Positions 56,287 to 63,947 of a stretch of 64,000 nt of DNA are shown here, one piece after another. The DNA comes from an uncultured Staphylococcaceae bacterium (GTDB lineage Bacteria; Bacillota_I; Bacilli_A; RFN20; CAG-826), in the NCBI GenBank assembly GCA_964504595.1, contig CAZDEE010000007.1:725-64724 (forward strand). Direction: 5' to 3'. The notes below the pieces were generated by a model. The model was not told the origin of the DNA. It ran no database searches and saw only the letters and a program-made list of their open reading frames with translations. Each line of letters opens with the position of its first letter. Position 1 is the first letter of the stretch. The position numbers were made by a program, and so were the translations under genes.

Positions 56287-58044
56287 ATGAAATTTGAAGA
56301 TTCGATATTTTTAAAAAGAGAGTTTAATTTTGAGGAGCAAAATTTTGCATTAATAAAAGCAATGGTTTTTATCTACGCTTTTAAAAAAGCGAAGATAAAC
56401 TACCCATTATTTGAAGTTAATAATAAAGTAATTAATCAAAATTATTTAATTAACTTACATGATTTAGCAAAAGATAATTTAAAAAAAATATATAATGTAT
56501 GTGGAGAACAATTAGGATGTCTTATTAATGATTGCTTAGAAAATGATAATAGCAACGTGGAATTACAATCGGAATTAATGCATAAATTATTTCTTTTAAA
56601 TAATTTTACAAGCGAAGATATTGAAAAGTATATAACAAATAAAGACAACTATATTTATGAAAAGAATGATTTTAGTTCCCCTAAAAGTCTTATCGATTTA
56701 GTTATAGGATTACTTTCAAAAGGAACCCATCAATCATGGTTTGATTTAGGATGTGGAAATGGTGATTTTTTAATAGAACTAGTGAAAAAAAATAAAAAAA
56801 ATGAATGTTATGGCGAAGACATTAATTATAATTGTCAATTGCTGACAAAAATAAGATTATTCTTCGCTAACGCTAATGCAAAAATATCTGAAAATAATAT
56901 CATCACAAGTCAATATAATGAAATTGTCGATGTTGCATATGCAAACATACCATTTTTAATGAGGTTATCAAAAACTAATTTTGATTATAATAAGCACAAT
57001 AAATACGTAGGAGAATTAAAGCCAACACAAAATGCTGATTGGATATTCGCGGATAGATTACTTCAATCAATCAAAGATAGAGGCATTATTCTTATGACTG
57101 AAGCAAGTTTAATGAATTTTATCGACATAGAGCAAAGAAAAAACGTTATAGAACAAAATCTAGTAGAAGGTATTATAAAATTACCGGATAATTTATTTAT
57201 ATATACTGGAATACCTGTATCTATAGTTATTTTTAATAAACATAAGGACAATCAAGAAATAAAATTTTTAGATGCTTCAAATATGTGTAAAATTGGTAGA
57301 AGACTATCAGAACTCAATGTTTCTGAAATTATAAGTGCATATAATGCCGAAAAGAAAACTACAAAAGTTAATATAAAATCAATATCAAAAGATGACTATA
57401 GTCTTCATGTAAAAAAATACTTAGATGTCAATGAAATTTTTCTTGAAAATGAAGTACCTTTAGAAAAAGTAGTTAATGAAGTATTCAGAGGTGCACAAAT
57501 TTCAGCGCCTGAAATTGATGAATACTGCAAGAATATAAAAGAAGAAGATAAAATATGCAAATTAATTACAGTTGGTGATATACAAGATAGTATGATAGAT
57601 ATCAATAAGCTTCAAATCATTAAAGATGATGGTAAATATAATAGATATGTAGTCAAAAACGGAGACGTTCTTGTTTCTTCTAAGAGCACAAAAATTAAAA
57701 CTACTGTTTTAGAAATACCAAAAGAGGAAAAATTTATAGCAACAGGGAGCTTATTAGTAATTAGGTGCGATCAAGAAAAAATAAATCCTTTTTATCTAAA
57801 AGCATTTTTCGATTCAACTAATGGAAAAAAATTACTAGAATCAATACAAACTGGAACAACGATTATTTCAATTAACGCAACTGCTTTAATGCGAATGAGG
57901 ATATCTTGTATAGATAAGAAAAAACAAGATAAAATTGCAGAAAGGTACTTACTTAAATTAGAGCAATTTAAATCAACTAAATTAAAACTATATGAAATAG
58001 AAAAAGAATTAATTAATGTATTTGATAATTCAATTAAAAACTAA
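56287..58044 (+). CDS. N6-adenine DNA methyltransferase (HsdM/gamma class) fused to a single HsdS-type target-recognition domain
   Basis: Motif X SPKSL, motif I WFDLGCGNGDFL (56743-63), motif IV ANIPF (56944-55; NPPF variant), LPDNLFIYTGIPVSIVIFNK. The C-terminal about 200 aa (from about 57440) has the Methylase_S pattern VGDIQD...VVKNGDVLVSSKS...ATGSLLVIRC...FYLKAFFDS plus a terminal coiled coil. Confidence 0.8.
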   Translation: MKFEDSIFLKREFNFEEQNFALIKAMVFIYAFKKAKINYPLFEVNNKVINQNYLINLHDLAKDNLKKIYNVCGEQLGCLINDCLENDNSNVELQSELMHKLFLLNNFTSEDIEKYITNKDNYIYEKNDFSSPKSLIDLVIGLLSKGTHQSWFDLGCGNGDFLIELVKKNKKNECYGEDINYNCQLLTKIRLFFANANAKISENNIITSQYNEIVDVAYANIPFLMRLSKTNFDYNKHNKYVGELKPTQNADWIFADRLLQSIKDRGIILMTEASLMNFIDIEQRKNVIEQNLVEGIIKLPDNLFIYTGIPVSIVIFNKHKDNQEIKFLDASNMCKIGRRLSELNVSEIISAYNAEKKTTKVNIKSISKDDYSLHVKKYLDVNEIFLENEVPLEKVVNEVFRGAQISAPEIDEYCKNIKEEDKICKLITVGDIQDSMIDINKLQIIKDDGKYNRYVVKNGDVLVSSKSTKIKTTVLEIPKEEKFIATGSLLVIRCDQEKINPFYLKAFFDSTNGKKLLESIQTGTTIISINATALMRMRISCIDKKKQDKIAERYLLKLEQFKSTKLKLYEIEKELINVFDNSIKN

Positions 58045-58087
58045 GTAATAAAATTATAAAAAAATGTTAAAAAGGATGTGATAAACT

Positions 58088-58999
58088 ATGGAAATCAATA
58101 AACAAATACAACTAAGAGGCGGATTCAGTGATAGAAATAAAATTAAGCCATTAAATATGGAAATGCAATTAACAGAATTTGATCAACGAACACGTATCGC
58201 TTTTATTAATTTAATTAAGCAATGGTATGATGATGAATGGTTTGATAATTATAAATATAGTTTCTATGAAAATTTATTAAGCAATGTATTTTCCATATAC
58301 ATATCAGATGATGTTATTTATGAAATAGAAAATGAAGAAAACAAACTATTTAATACTTATATTTATGATATTATAATAAATCAATCTTCTTCATACGATG
58401 ATATATTAACACTCTTAGAGTATATTGTTAATTGCTTTAAAGAAGCAGAAAGAAATGAGCCCTATAATGCTCTTTTCCCTTTCCGTCAAAATAAAGATTA
58501 TACTCAAGAAATTAATAGTTTATTTATAAAAGAATGTGTAGGCTACAGAATGATTGATAACCAAATAATACCAATTACTGATAAAATTGAATTTGAAGAA
58601 ATACAACAAGCTATTAAAAATAAATTTGAAGGGAGCAAAAATCATTTAAAAAAAGCAATCAGCTTTCTTTATGATAAAGAAAAACCTGACTATAAAAATA
58701 GCATAAAAGAAAGTATTAGTGCAGTAGAATCAATTTGCAAAATTATAATAAATAATGATAATACAACTTTAGGGAAAGCACTTAATAAATTAGAAGAATC
58801 AGGTATAAAAATACATAAATCACTAAAATCTGCATTTTCTTCTTTATATGGTTACTCTTCAAACGAAGGTGGTATAAGACACTCAGAAGGAATGCTTGAA
58901 AGCAATGTATCATTTGATGATGCAAAATACATGCTTGTTACATGTTCCGCTTTTATAAATTACTTGATTCCAAAAATAAATAGTATCGATAATAAATAA
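58088..58999 (+). CDS. AbiJ-N-terminal-domain-like protein with a C-terminal HEPN/Abi_C-like helical domain
   Basis: The N-terminus GGFSDRNKIKPLNMEMQLTEFDQRTRIAFINLI resembles the FSxRxGxKP...ELRNxLWN opening of AbiJ_NTD families. The C-terminus has SSLYGYSSNEGGIRHSEG (58868-82). Both calls are from memory of the families. Confidence 0.45.
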   Translation: MEINKQIQLRGGFSDRNKIKPLNMEMQLTEFDQRTRIAFINLIKQWYDDEWFDNYKYSFYENLLSNVFSIYISDDVIYEIENEENKLFNTYIYDIIINQSSSYDDILTLLEYIVNCFKEAERNEPYNALFPFRQNKDYTQEINSLFIKECVGYRMIDNQIIPITDKIEFEEIQQAIKNKFEGSKNHLKKAISFLYDKEKPDYKNSIKESISAVESICKIIINNDNTTLGKALNKLEESGIKIHKSLKSAFSSLYGYSSNEGGIRHSEGMLESNVSFDDAKYMLVTCSAFINYLIPKINSIDNK

Positions 59000-59039
59000 T
59001 CATTTTACGTCCATCTTTAATAAGTTATTTCTTTAAAAC

Positions 59040-59069
59040 GCAAACAAGAAAAATTATTTACAAACAAAT
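59040..59069 (+). repeat. Direct-repeat copy 1 (GCAAACAAGAAAAAT-tattta-CAAACAAAT)
   Basis: Matches 60852-60875 at 24/24 positions apart from a 6-nt insertion. Ends 17 nt before the KAP start codon. Confidence 0.6.
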
Positions 59070-59086
59070 GAAAGGAATTGTGGCTT

Positions 59087-60781
59087 ATGCATGAACAAAT
59101 TAATAAATTTATCCAAAATTATTTAGAAAAAAACAATACTAAAAGTGCAATTATGTTAACTTCACCTTGGGGAACTGGGAAAAGCTACTATATTAATAAT
59201 ACTTTAATTAAGTATCTAGAAGGAAAATGTATTATTATTCCTCTATATGGATTAAAAGATATTAGTGAAATCAGCAAATATATATTTTTAGAATACAAAT
59301 TTAGAAATTTAAACAAAAAAAATATAAGTACAAGTATTTTTAAAATAATAACTAAAATTATTATAAATGGATTTTCAAATTCTTTAGGAATTAATTACGA
59401 TTTAAATGATAAAGAAATCGAAAAAATATACTCATCAATAGATTTATCCAACAAACTATTAATATTCGAAGATGTAGAAAGAACTAAAATAGACATCTTA
59501 GAATTATTAGGATTTATCAATAGTTTAGTTGAAGATAATGTAAAAGTATTACTTGTCACTAATGAAGACGAGTTTAAATCTAATGACGCTTATTTAAAAA
59601 TAAAAGAAAAAACAATAAGTGATACAATTTATTATAACTTTCCTATCGAAGACACTATTAAAAGTATTGTTTCATCATTCAATAATGAAAAACTAAATTA
59701 TTTAATTAATGAAGACGATATGATTGATAATATTAAAGAAATAATGAATAAAACAAATGGTAATTTAAGGACCTTTATTTTAGCATGCCAAAAAACGATA
59801 GATATTTTAGAAACCTCAGATAAATTAAATAAAAACTTTATGAAAAAAATATTCTTAGGAAACATTGCTTTTTTATTAAAAAATCGAGATAAAACTACTA
59901 AATGGAATCTTGATGAAGAAATAGCATCTCATTCGTTAGGCACATACAAATTTCCTCTTTATAAAATATCTTACGACTATATAATAAATCAAATTTTAGA
60001 TAAAGAAACCCTAGAAAAAGTAAATGACAACTATTGCAAATTAGAAAAAAATAATAAAAAAAATAAAGAAATAGAAAGATATATGCAAACTATTTATAAC
60101 TGTTATACTTCTAATGAAAAAGAATTAATAAATGCTATAAAATATGTAACTGAAAAAATTCTTAACAAAGATATCGATGTTAATAATTATATAATGTTAG
60201 CAAATTATCTAATAGCAATTAAGTACGACCTAGAAATAGATAAAGAAGTAGTAGATAATTGTCTAAAAGCAATGTTATCTTCTGATATAGAAATAGAAAA
60301 TGAAACCCTTGATTTAGATAATTACTCAGGAATAAAGCTAGTAGACAAAAAAGCTATCGATGAATTTATTGATTTTAGTAAAAAATTAAAAAAAACAATA
60401 TATTCTTCCGTTAAAGCTAATATTATTGGATTTGATTATACTATAGAAAAAATCGATGAATTTTATGAAAAAGTTAAAATTAATAGTGATTCATTTATTT
60501 TAAAAAAAGGATTTGCTAAATATATTGATATTACAAAGTTTGCTGAATTAATAAAAAAATGTAACGCCTTTAACATATTTACTATTAATAAAATATTTAA
60601 AACAATCTATAATTTAAGCAATATAAGGGATTTCTTTTATGATGATAAAAGCAATTTAAGCGAATTAAAAGAAAAAATAGAAAAATTAAAAGAAGAACAA
60701 GGTCTTGATAAAGTTAAAAAATACCAATATAAGAATTTTATTACTTATTTAGATAGTACAATTAAAAGACTAAATATGTAA
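59087..60781 (+). CDS. KAP-family P-loop NTPase
   Basis: Walker A LTSPWGTGKSYY (59171-85), Walker B LLIFEDVER, and a long helical C-terminal half. ATG 59087 follows AAAGGAA; the track ORF starts at TTG 59078. Confidence 0.7.
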   Translation: MHEQINKFIQNYLEKNNTKSAIMLTSPWGTGKSYYINNTLIKYLEGKCIIIPLYGLKDISEISKYIFLEYKFRNLNKKNISTSIFKIITKIIINGFSNSLGINYDLNDKEIEKIYSSIDLSNKLLIFEDVERTKIDILELLGFINSLVEDNVKVLLVTNEDEFKSNDAYLKIKEKTISDTIYYNFPIEDTIKSIVSSFNNEKLNYLINEDDMIDNIKEIMNKTNGNLRTFILACQKTIDILETSDKLNKNFMKKIFLGNIAFLLKNRDKTTKWNLDEEIASHSLGTYKFPLYKISYDYIINQILDKETLEKVNDNYCKLEKNNKKNKEIERYMQTIYNCYTSNEKELINAIKYVTEKILNKDIDVNNYIMLANYLIAIKYDLEIDKEVVDNCLKAMLSSDIEIENETLDLDNYSGIKLVDKKAIDEFIDFSKKLKKTIYSSVKANIIGFDYTIEKIDEFYEKVKINSDSFILKKGFAKYIDITKFAELIKKCNAFNIFTINKIFKTIYNLSNIRDFFYDDKSNLSELKEKIEKLKEEQGLDKVKKYQYKNFITYLDSTIKRLNM

Positions 60782-60851
60782 ATGCCCTAATGTACTTGTG
60801 GTAAAATTTTACTCAAAAATTATAGCTACTAACAATTTAATTATGTTATTT

Positions 60852-60875
60852 GCAAACAAGAAAAATCAAACAAAT
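60852..60875 (+). repeat. Direct-repeat copy 2 (GCAAACAAGAAAAATCAAACAAAT)
   Basis: See copy 1. Begins 71 nt after the KAP stop. Confidence 0.6.
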
Positions 60876-60974
60876 CAAAATGATTTATTAATATATTTCT
60901 ATAAAGAATAAATTTTCGTACTTCAGCTTATTATCTAATAATCACTCGCGAAATTAACAAAAAACAGATTTTCG

Positions 60975-61009
60975 AACGATTTAGAACAAAAAAATTGTTT
61001 TAAATCGTT
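60975..61009 (+). promoter_or_regulatory. 35-nt near-perfect palindrome overlapping the -35 of the AAA ATPase promoter
   Basis: aacgatttagaacaa-aaaaa-ttgttttaaatcgtt (14 of 15 arm positions pair). Confidence 0.5.
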
Positions 61010-61023
61010 TGCGAGGTTATAAT
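60995..61023 (+). promoter_or_regulatory. Putative sigma-A promoter of the AAA ATPase gene
   Basis: TTGTTT (60995-61000), a 17-nt spacer, TATAAT (61018-23), 31 nt before ATG 61054. Confidence 0.5.
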
Positions 61024-61053
61024 ATTAATGTGGGAAAAAGGAGGTTATGTTTT

Positions 61054-62172
61054 ATGAAATTGTTAAGAATTCGTGCATCAAACTATAAGAATTGTTGTGA
61101 TAATTTTACAATTGATTTTATAGCTAAATCCAAGAAAACAAGCGAAGATAAAGAGTATGAATTACAAGAAATTGCAGAAGAATTATATGTTTTTAATACA
61201 GCTGCCTTTGTGGGTAAAAATGCATCTGGAAAAACTTCCGCGATTGAATTAATGGATTGTTGCTATTCCATTCTTAGTGAATTCCATTTAGAAAACAATC
61301 ATTATAATTATGATAATGTAAAACTAGAAATCATTTTCTATCATGAAGACTATATTTATAAATACACTACTGTTTTAAAGGCCGATTCAAATTCAGAAAA
61401 TAAAGCCAATTTTACAGAACAACATATTTATCGAAAAAAATATTATAAATCTAAAGTAAAAGAAATTTATTCAAATGATGAATTTGAAGAAATCAAAGAT
61501 TTAGGAGAACTTCCAGAAGATACTTCAATTGTTTTTTTTGTATTGAAAAGAAAAACAACTCGTGCTGTTTATTTTAATTGCAATGGTGAAGGAGTGGACA
61601 CATATCGCCTATTATTTAGAGCAATGAATACTTATAAAATATCAAAAGAAGTATTAATCAAGATTATAAGAATTTTTGATGATAATATTCAAAGCTTAGA
61701 AATGATGGATGAAAAGCATTATAAATTAACATATCAAAATTGTATAAAAGAACTATCTGATTCTGAATTAATTTATATGATTTCTAGTGGAACAACAAAA
61801 GGTATCTTGCTTTATATTCTTGTAGTCGCAGCGTTAGAAAACGGATTTGACTTATTAATCGATGAAATAGAAAATCATTTCCATAAAACACTAGTTGAAA
61901 ACATGATTATCTTATTTAAAGATAAAACTGTAAATAAGAAAAATTCAACACTTGTATTTACAACTCATTATTGTGAAGTTTTAGATTTATTTAATCGTCA
62001 AGATAATATTTGGATTGCTAAATCAAATGATAAGATTTATTTAGAGAATATGTATGAAACCTATAATATTAGACCAGAGATTTTAAAGAGTCGTCAATTT
62101 TATAACAATACATTTGATACTTCTGTTAATTATGAAGATCTCATGGCATTGAAAAAGAAGCTAATGAAATGA
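61054..62172 (+). CDS. ABC-type AAA ATPase (AAA_15/AAA_21-like), no fused or adjacent nuclease
   Basis: MKLLRIRASNYKNC, Walker A GKNASGKTS (61213-39), signature-like SSGTTKG, Walker B LLIDEIENHFH, H-loop FTTHY. ATG 61054 follows AAGGAGG; the track ORF starts at TTG 61009. Confidence 0.75.
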   Translation: MKLLRIRASNYKNCCDNFTIDFIAKSKKTSEDKEYELQEIAEELYVFNTAAFVGKNASGKTSAIELMDCCYSILSEFHLENNHYNYDNVKLEIIFYHEDYIYKYTTVLKADSNSENKANFTEQHIYRKKYYKSKVKEIYSNDEFEEIKDLGELPEDTSIVFFVLKRKTTRAVYFNCNGEGVDTYRLLFRAMNTYKISKEVLIKIIRIFDDNIQSLEMMDEKHYKLTYQNCIKELSDSELIYMISSGTTKGILLYILVVAALENGFDLLIDEIENHFHKTLVENMIILFKDKTVNKKNSTLVFTTHYCEVLDLFNRQDNIWIAKSNDKIYLENMYETYNIRPEILKSRQFYNNTFDTSVNYEDLMALKKKLMK

Positions 62173-62188
62173 AGTATTGAATTATATT

Positions 62189-62222
62189 AAAGCATTTGAC
62201 TAAATAGTCGAGTGCTTTTTCT
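62189..62222 (+). terminator. Intrinsic terminator after the AAA ATPase gene
   Basis: A 12-bp stem aaagcatttgac / gtcgagtgcttt (two G-U pairs), loop taaata, then a T-run. Confidence 0.7.
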
Positions 62223-62288
62223 TATTAGTAAACTGATAAACTTACAAATATATAAGGTTTACGAATCTTTAAAAACTGAGGCGATTAT

Positions 62289-62400
62289 CAAGATTTCATT
62301 CATCACTATAAATATTATAGATATCCAACTTCAAACTAAATAAGTCTCTAATTATTTAAGTGATTAATCTAATTATTTATCTTAATTTATCTTTGTACTT
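62289..62400 (+). repeat. Upstream copy of an about 100-nt imperfect direct repeat bracketing the DUF4143 ATPase gene
   Basis: A hand alignment with 63722-63822 gives about 80% identity plus one 11-nt indel. Contains TCTAATTATTTA twice (62347, 62368), 21 nt apart. Confidence 0.65.
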
Positions 62401-62453
62401 TTTGGATTAAAATCCAAAAAATGTTGAATTTTTTAAAGTTTTTGGATAAAATC
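62401..62453 (+). promoter_or_regulatory. Palindrome TTTGGATT-aa-AATCCAAA plus repeated half-site over a putative promoter
   Basis: 8-bp arms at 62401-08 / 62411-18. tttggat(t)aaaatc recurs at 62441-53. Candidate -35 TTGAAT (62424-29) and -10 TAAAAT (62447-52). Confidence 0.4.
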
Positions 62454-62478
62454 ATAATATAGAATGAGGGTGAGAATT

Positions 62479-63681
62479 ATGATTATAAAAAGAAAAGAAT
62501 ATTTAAATAAGTTAATCGCACTTAAAGACAAGAAAGTTATAAAGATTATAACAGGTGTTAGAAGATGTGGAAAATCAACTTTAATGGAGATATTTAAAAA
62601 CTATTTACTCAAAAATGGTGTTAATAAAAAAAATATAATTTCAATAAATTTTGAAGATTTTGATTTTTATGATTTACGAAATCCCAACAAACTATATTCT
62701 TACATAAAAGAAAAGCTAGATAGTGAAAATCAAAACTATATTTTCCTTGACGAAATTCAACATGTGGAAGATTTTCCACGAGTTGTAGATAGCTTATTTA
62801 TAAAAAATAATATTGATATTTATATTACTGGCTCAAATGCATATATGCTCTCTAGTGAAATTGCGACACTAATTTCAGGTAAATACATTGAAATCTCAAT
62901 GCTGCCATTGTCGTTCGCAGAGTTTGTTGAATCAACAGGAGACAAAAAAGACCTTGCAAGAAAATATATTGATTATATTCAAAATAGTTCTTTTCCATAC
63001 ACTTTAGAACTTAGAGACCAAGCAAATGAAATAAAACAGTACCTTGATGGAATTTATAATACAGTTGTTGTAAAAGATATTGCTTATAGAAAAAAAATTA
63101 CAGATATTTCTATGCTTGAAAATATAACAAGATTTATGTTTGACAATATTGGAAATCCGCTTTCAATGAAAAAAATTGCAGATACGATGACTTCTGATGG
63201 TAGAAAAATCGATGTCAAGACAGTTGAAAAATTTATATCTGGACTTACTGAAAGTTTTGTTTTGTATAAAGCAAATCGATATAATATAAAAGGTAAACAA
63301 TATTTAAAAACTCTTGAAAAATATTATGTTGTAGATATTGGGCTTAGGTATATGCTTCTTGGAACTCGTTCAACTGATGTGGGACATATTTTAGAAAATG
63401 TTGTATATTTGGAACTTTTACGTAGAGGATATGATGTGTATGTTGGCAAAGTTGACAACACAGAAGTTGACTTTGTTGCAATTGACAATAAAAAAACAAT
63501 TTATTATCAAGTATCCGCAACTGTTAGAGATGAAAGAACATTAAGAAGAGAACTTAAACCACTTCAAAGCATAAATGATCACTATCCAAAATTTATTTTA
63601 ACATTAGATGAAGATCCTGAAGCCGATTTTGATGGCATAAGAAAAATAAATGCTCTTGATTGGTTACTGGGTGATATTTAA
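62479..63681 (+). CDS. AAA_14 / DUF4143 ATPase
   Basis: MIIKRKEYLNKLIALKDKKVIKIITGVRRCGKSTL (Walker A), IFLDEIQ (Walker B), and a C-terminal DUF4143-like VGHILENVVYLEL...EVDFV. Start set at the sixth codon of the track ORF. Confidence 0.8.
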   Translation: MIIKRKEYLNKLIALKDKKVIKIITGVRRCGKSTLMEIFKNYLLKNGVNKKNIISINFEDFDFYDLRNPNKLYSYIKEKLDSENQNYIFLDEIQHVEDFPRVVDSLFIKNNIDIYITGSNAYMLSSEIATLISGKYIEISMLPLSFAEFVESTGDKKDLARKYIDYIQNSSFPYTLELRDQANEIKQYLDGIYNTVVVKDIAYRKKITDISMLENITRFMFDNIGNPLSMKKIADTMTSDGRKIDVKTVEKFISGLTESFVLYKANRYNIKGKQYLKTLEKYYVVDIGLRYMLLGTRSTDVGHILENVVYLELLRRGYDVYVGKVDNTEVDFVAIDNKKTIYYQVSATVRDERTLRRELKPLQSINDHYPKFILTLDEDPEADFDGIRKINALDWLLGDI

Positions 63682-63721
63682 TAAAAAAATATTTTTGCTC
63701 TTTAAAATCTATGGTGGTTGA

Positions 63722-63822
63722 CAAGATTTGATTGACCACTCTAAATTTTATAGACATTGAAATTCAAGATGAAAAATTTTCTAATTATTTAAGTAGTAAA
63801 TCTAATTATTTATTTTGTACTT
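63722..63822 (+). repeat. Downstream copy of the direct repeat bracketing the DUF4143 ATPase gene
   Basis: See 62289-62400. TCTAATTATTTA occurs at 63780 and 63801, again 21 nt apart. Confidence 0.65.
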
Positions 63823-63900
63823 GACCTCTTAAGTCTTTCTAACTGTTTTAGTTAGTATAACTTTTGGGGTTAAGTATACATACAACATTTTTTTAAATTT

Positions 63901-63947
63901 AAAAAGTAAGAAAAATCCCGATGAATACTAGGAGTTTCTTACTTTTT
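63901..63947. terminator. Strong bidirectional intrinsic terminator
   Basis: A 13-bp perfect stem aaaaagtaagaaa / tttcttacttttt with an inner tcc/gga pairing. Flanked by an A-run and a T-run. Confidence 0.7.

Noticed and set aside
54689-58044. A phase-variable type I R-M shufflon (recombinase plus invertible hsdS copies).
   Set aside because: Only one recognition domain is present, and it is fused to the methyltransferase. I saw no inverted hsdS fragments or matching inverted repeats in the window.
56287-63681. A complete type I or type IIG restriction-modification, BREX or DISARM system.
   Set aside because: There is no HsdR/helicase-nuclease, PglZ, BrxC, DrmA/B or endonuclease domain in any ORF of the window. 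The methyltransferase (585 aa) is far too small for PglX.
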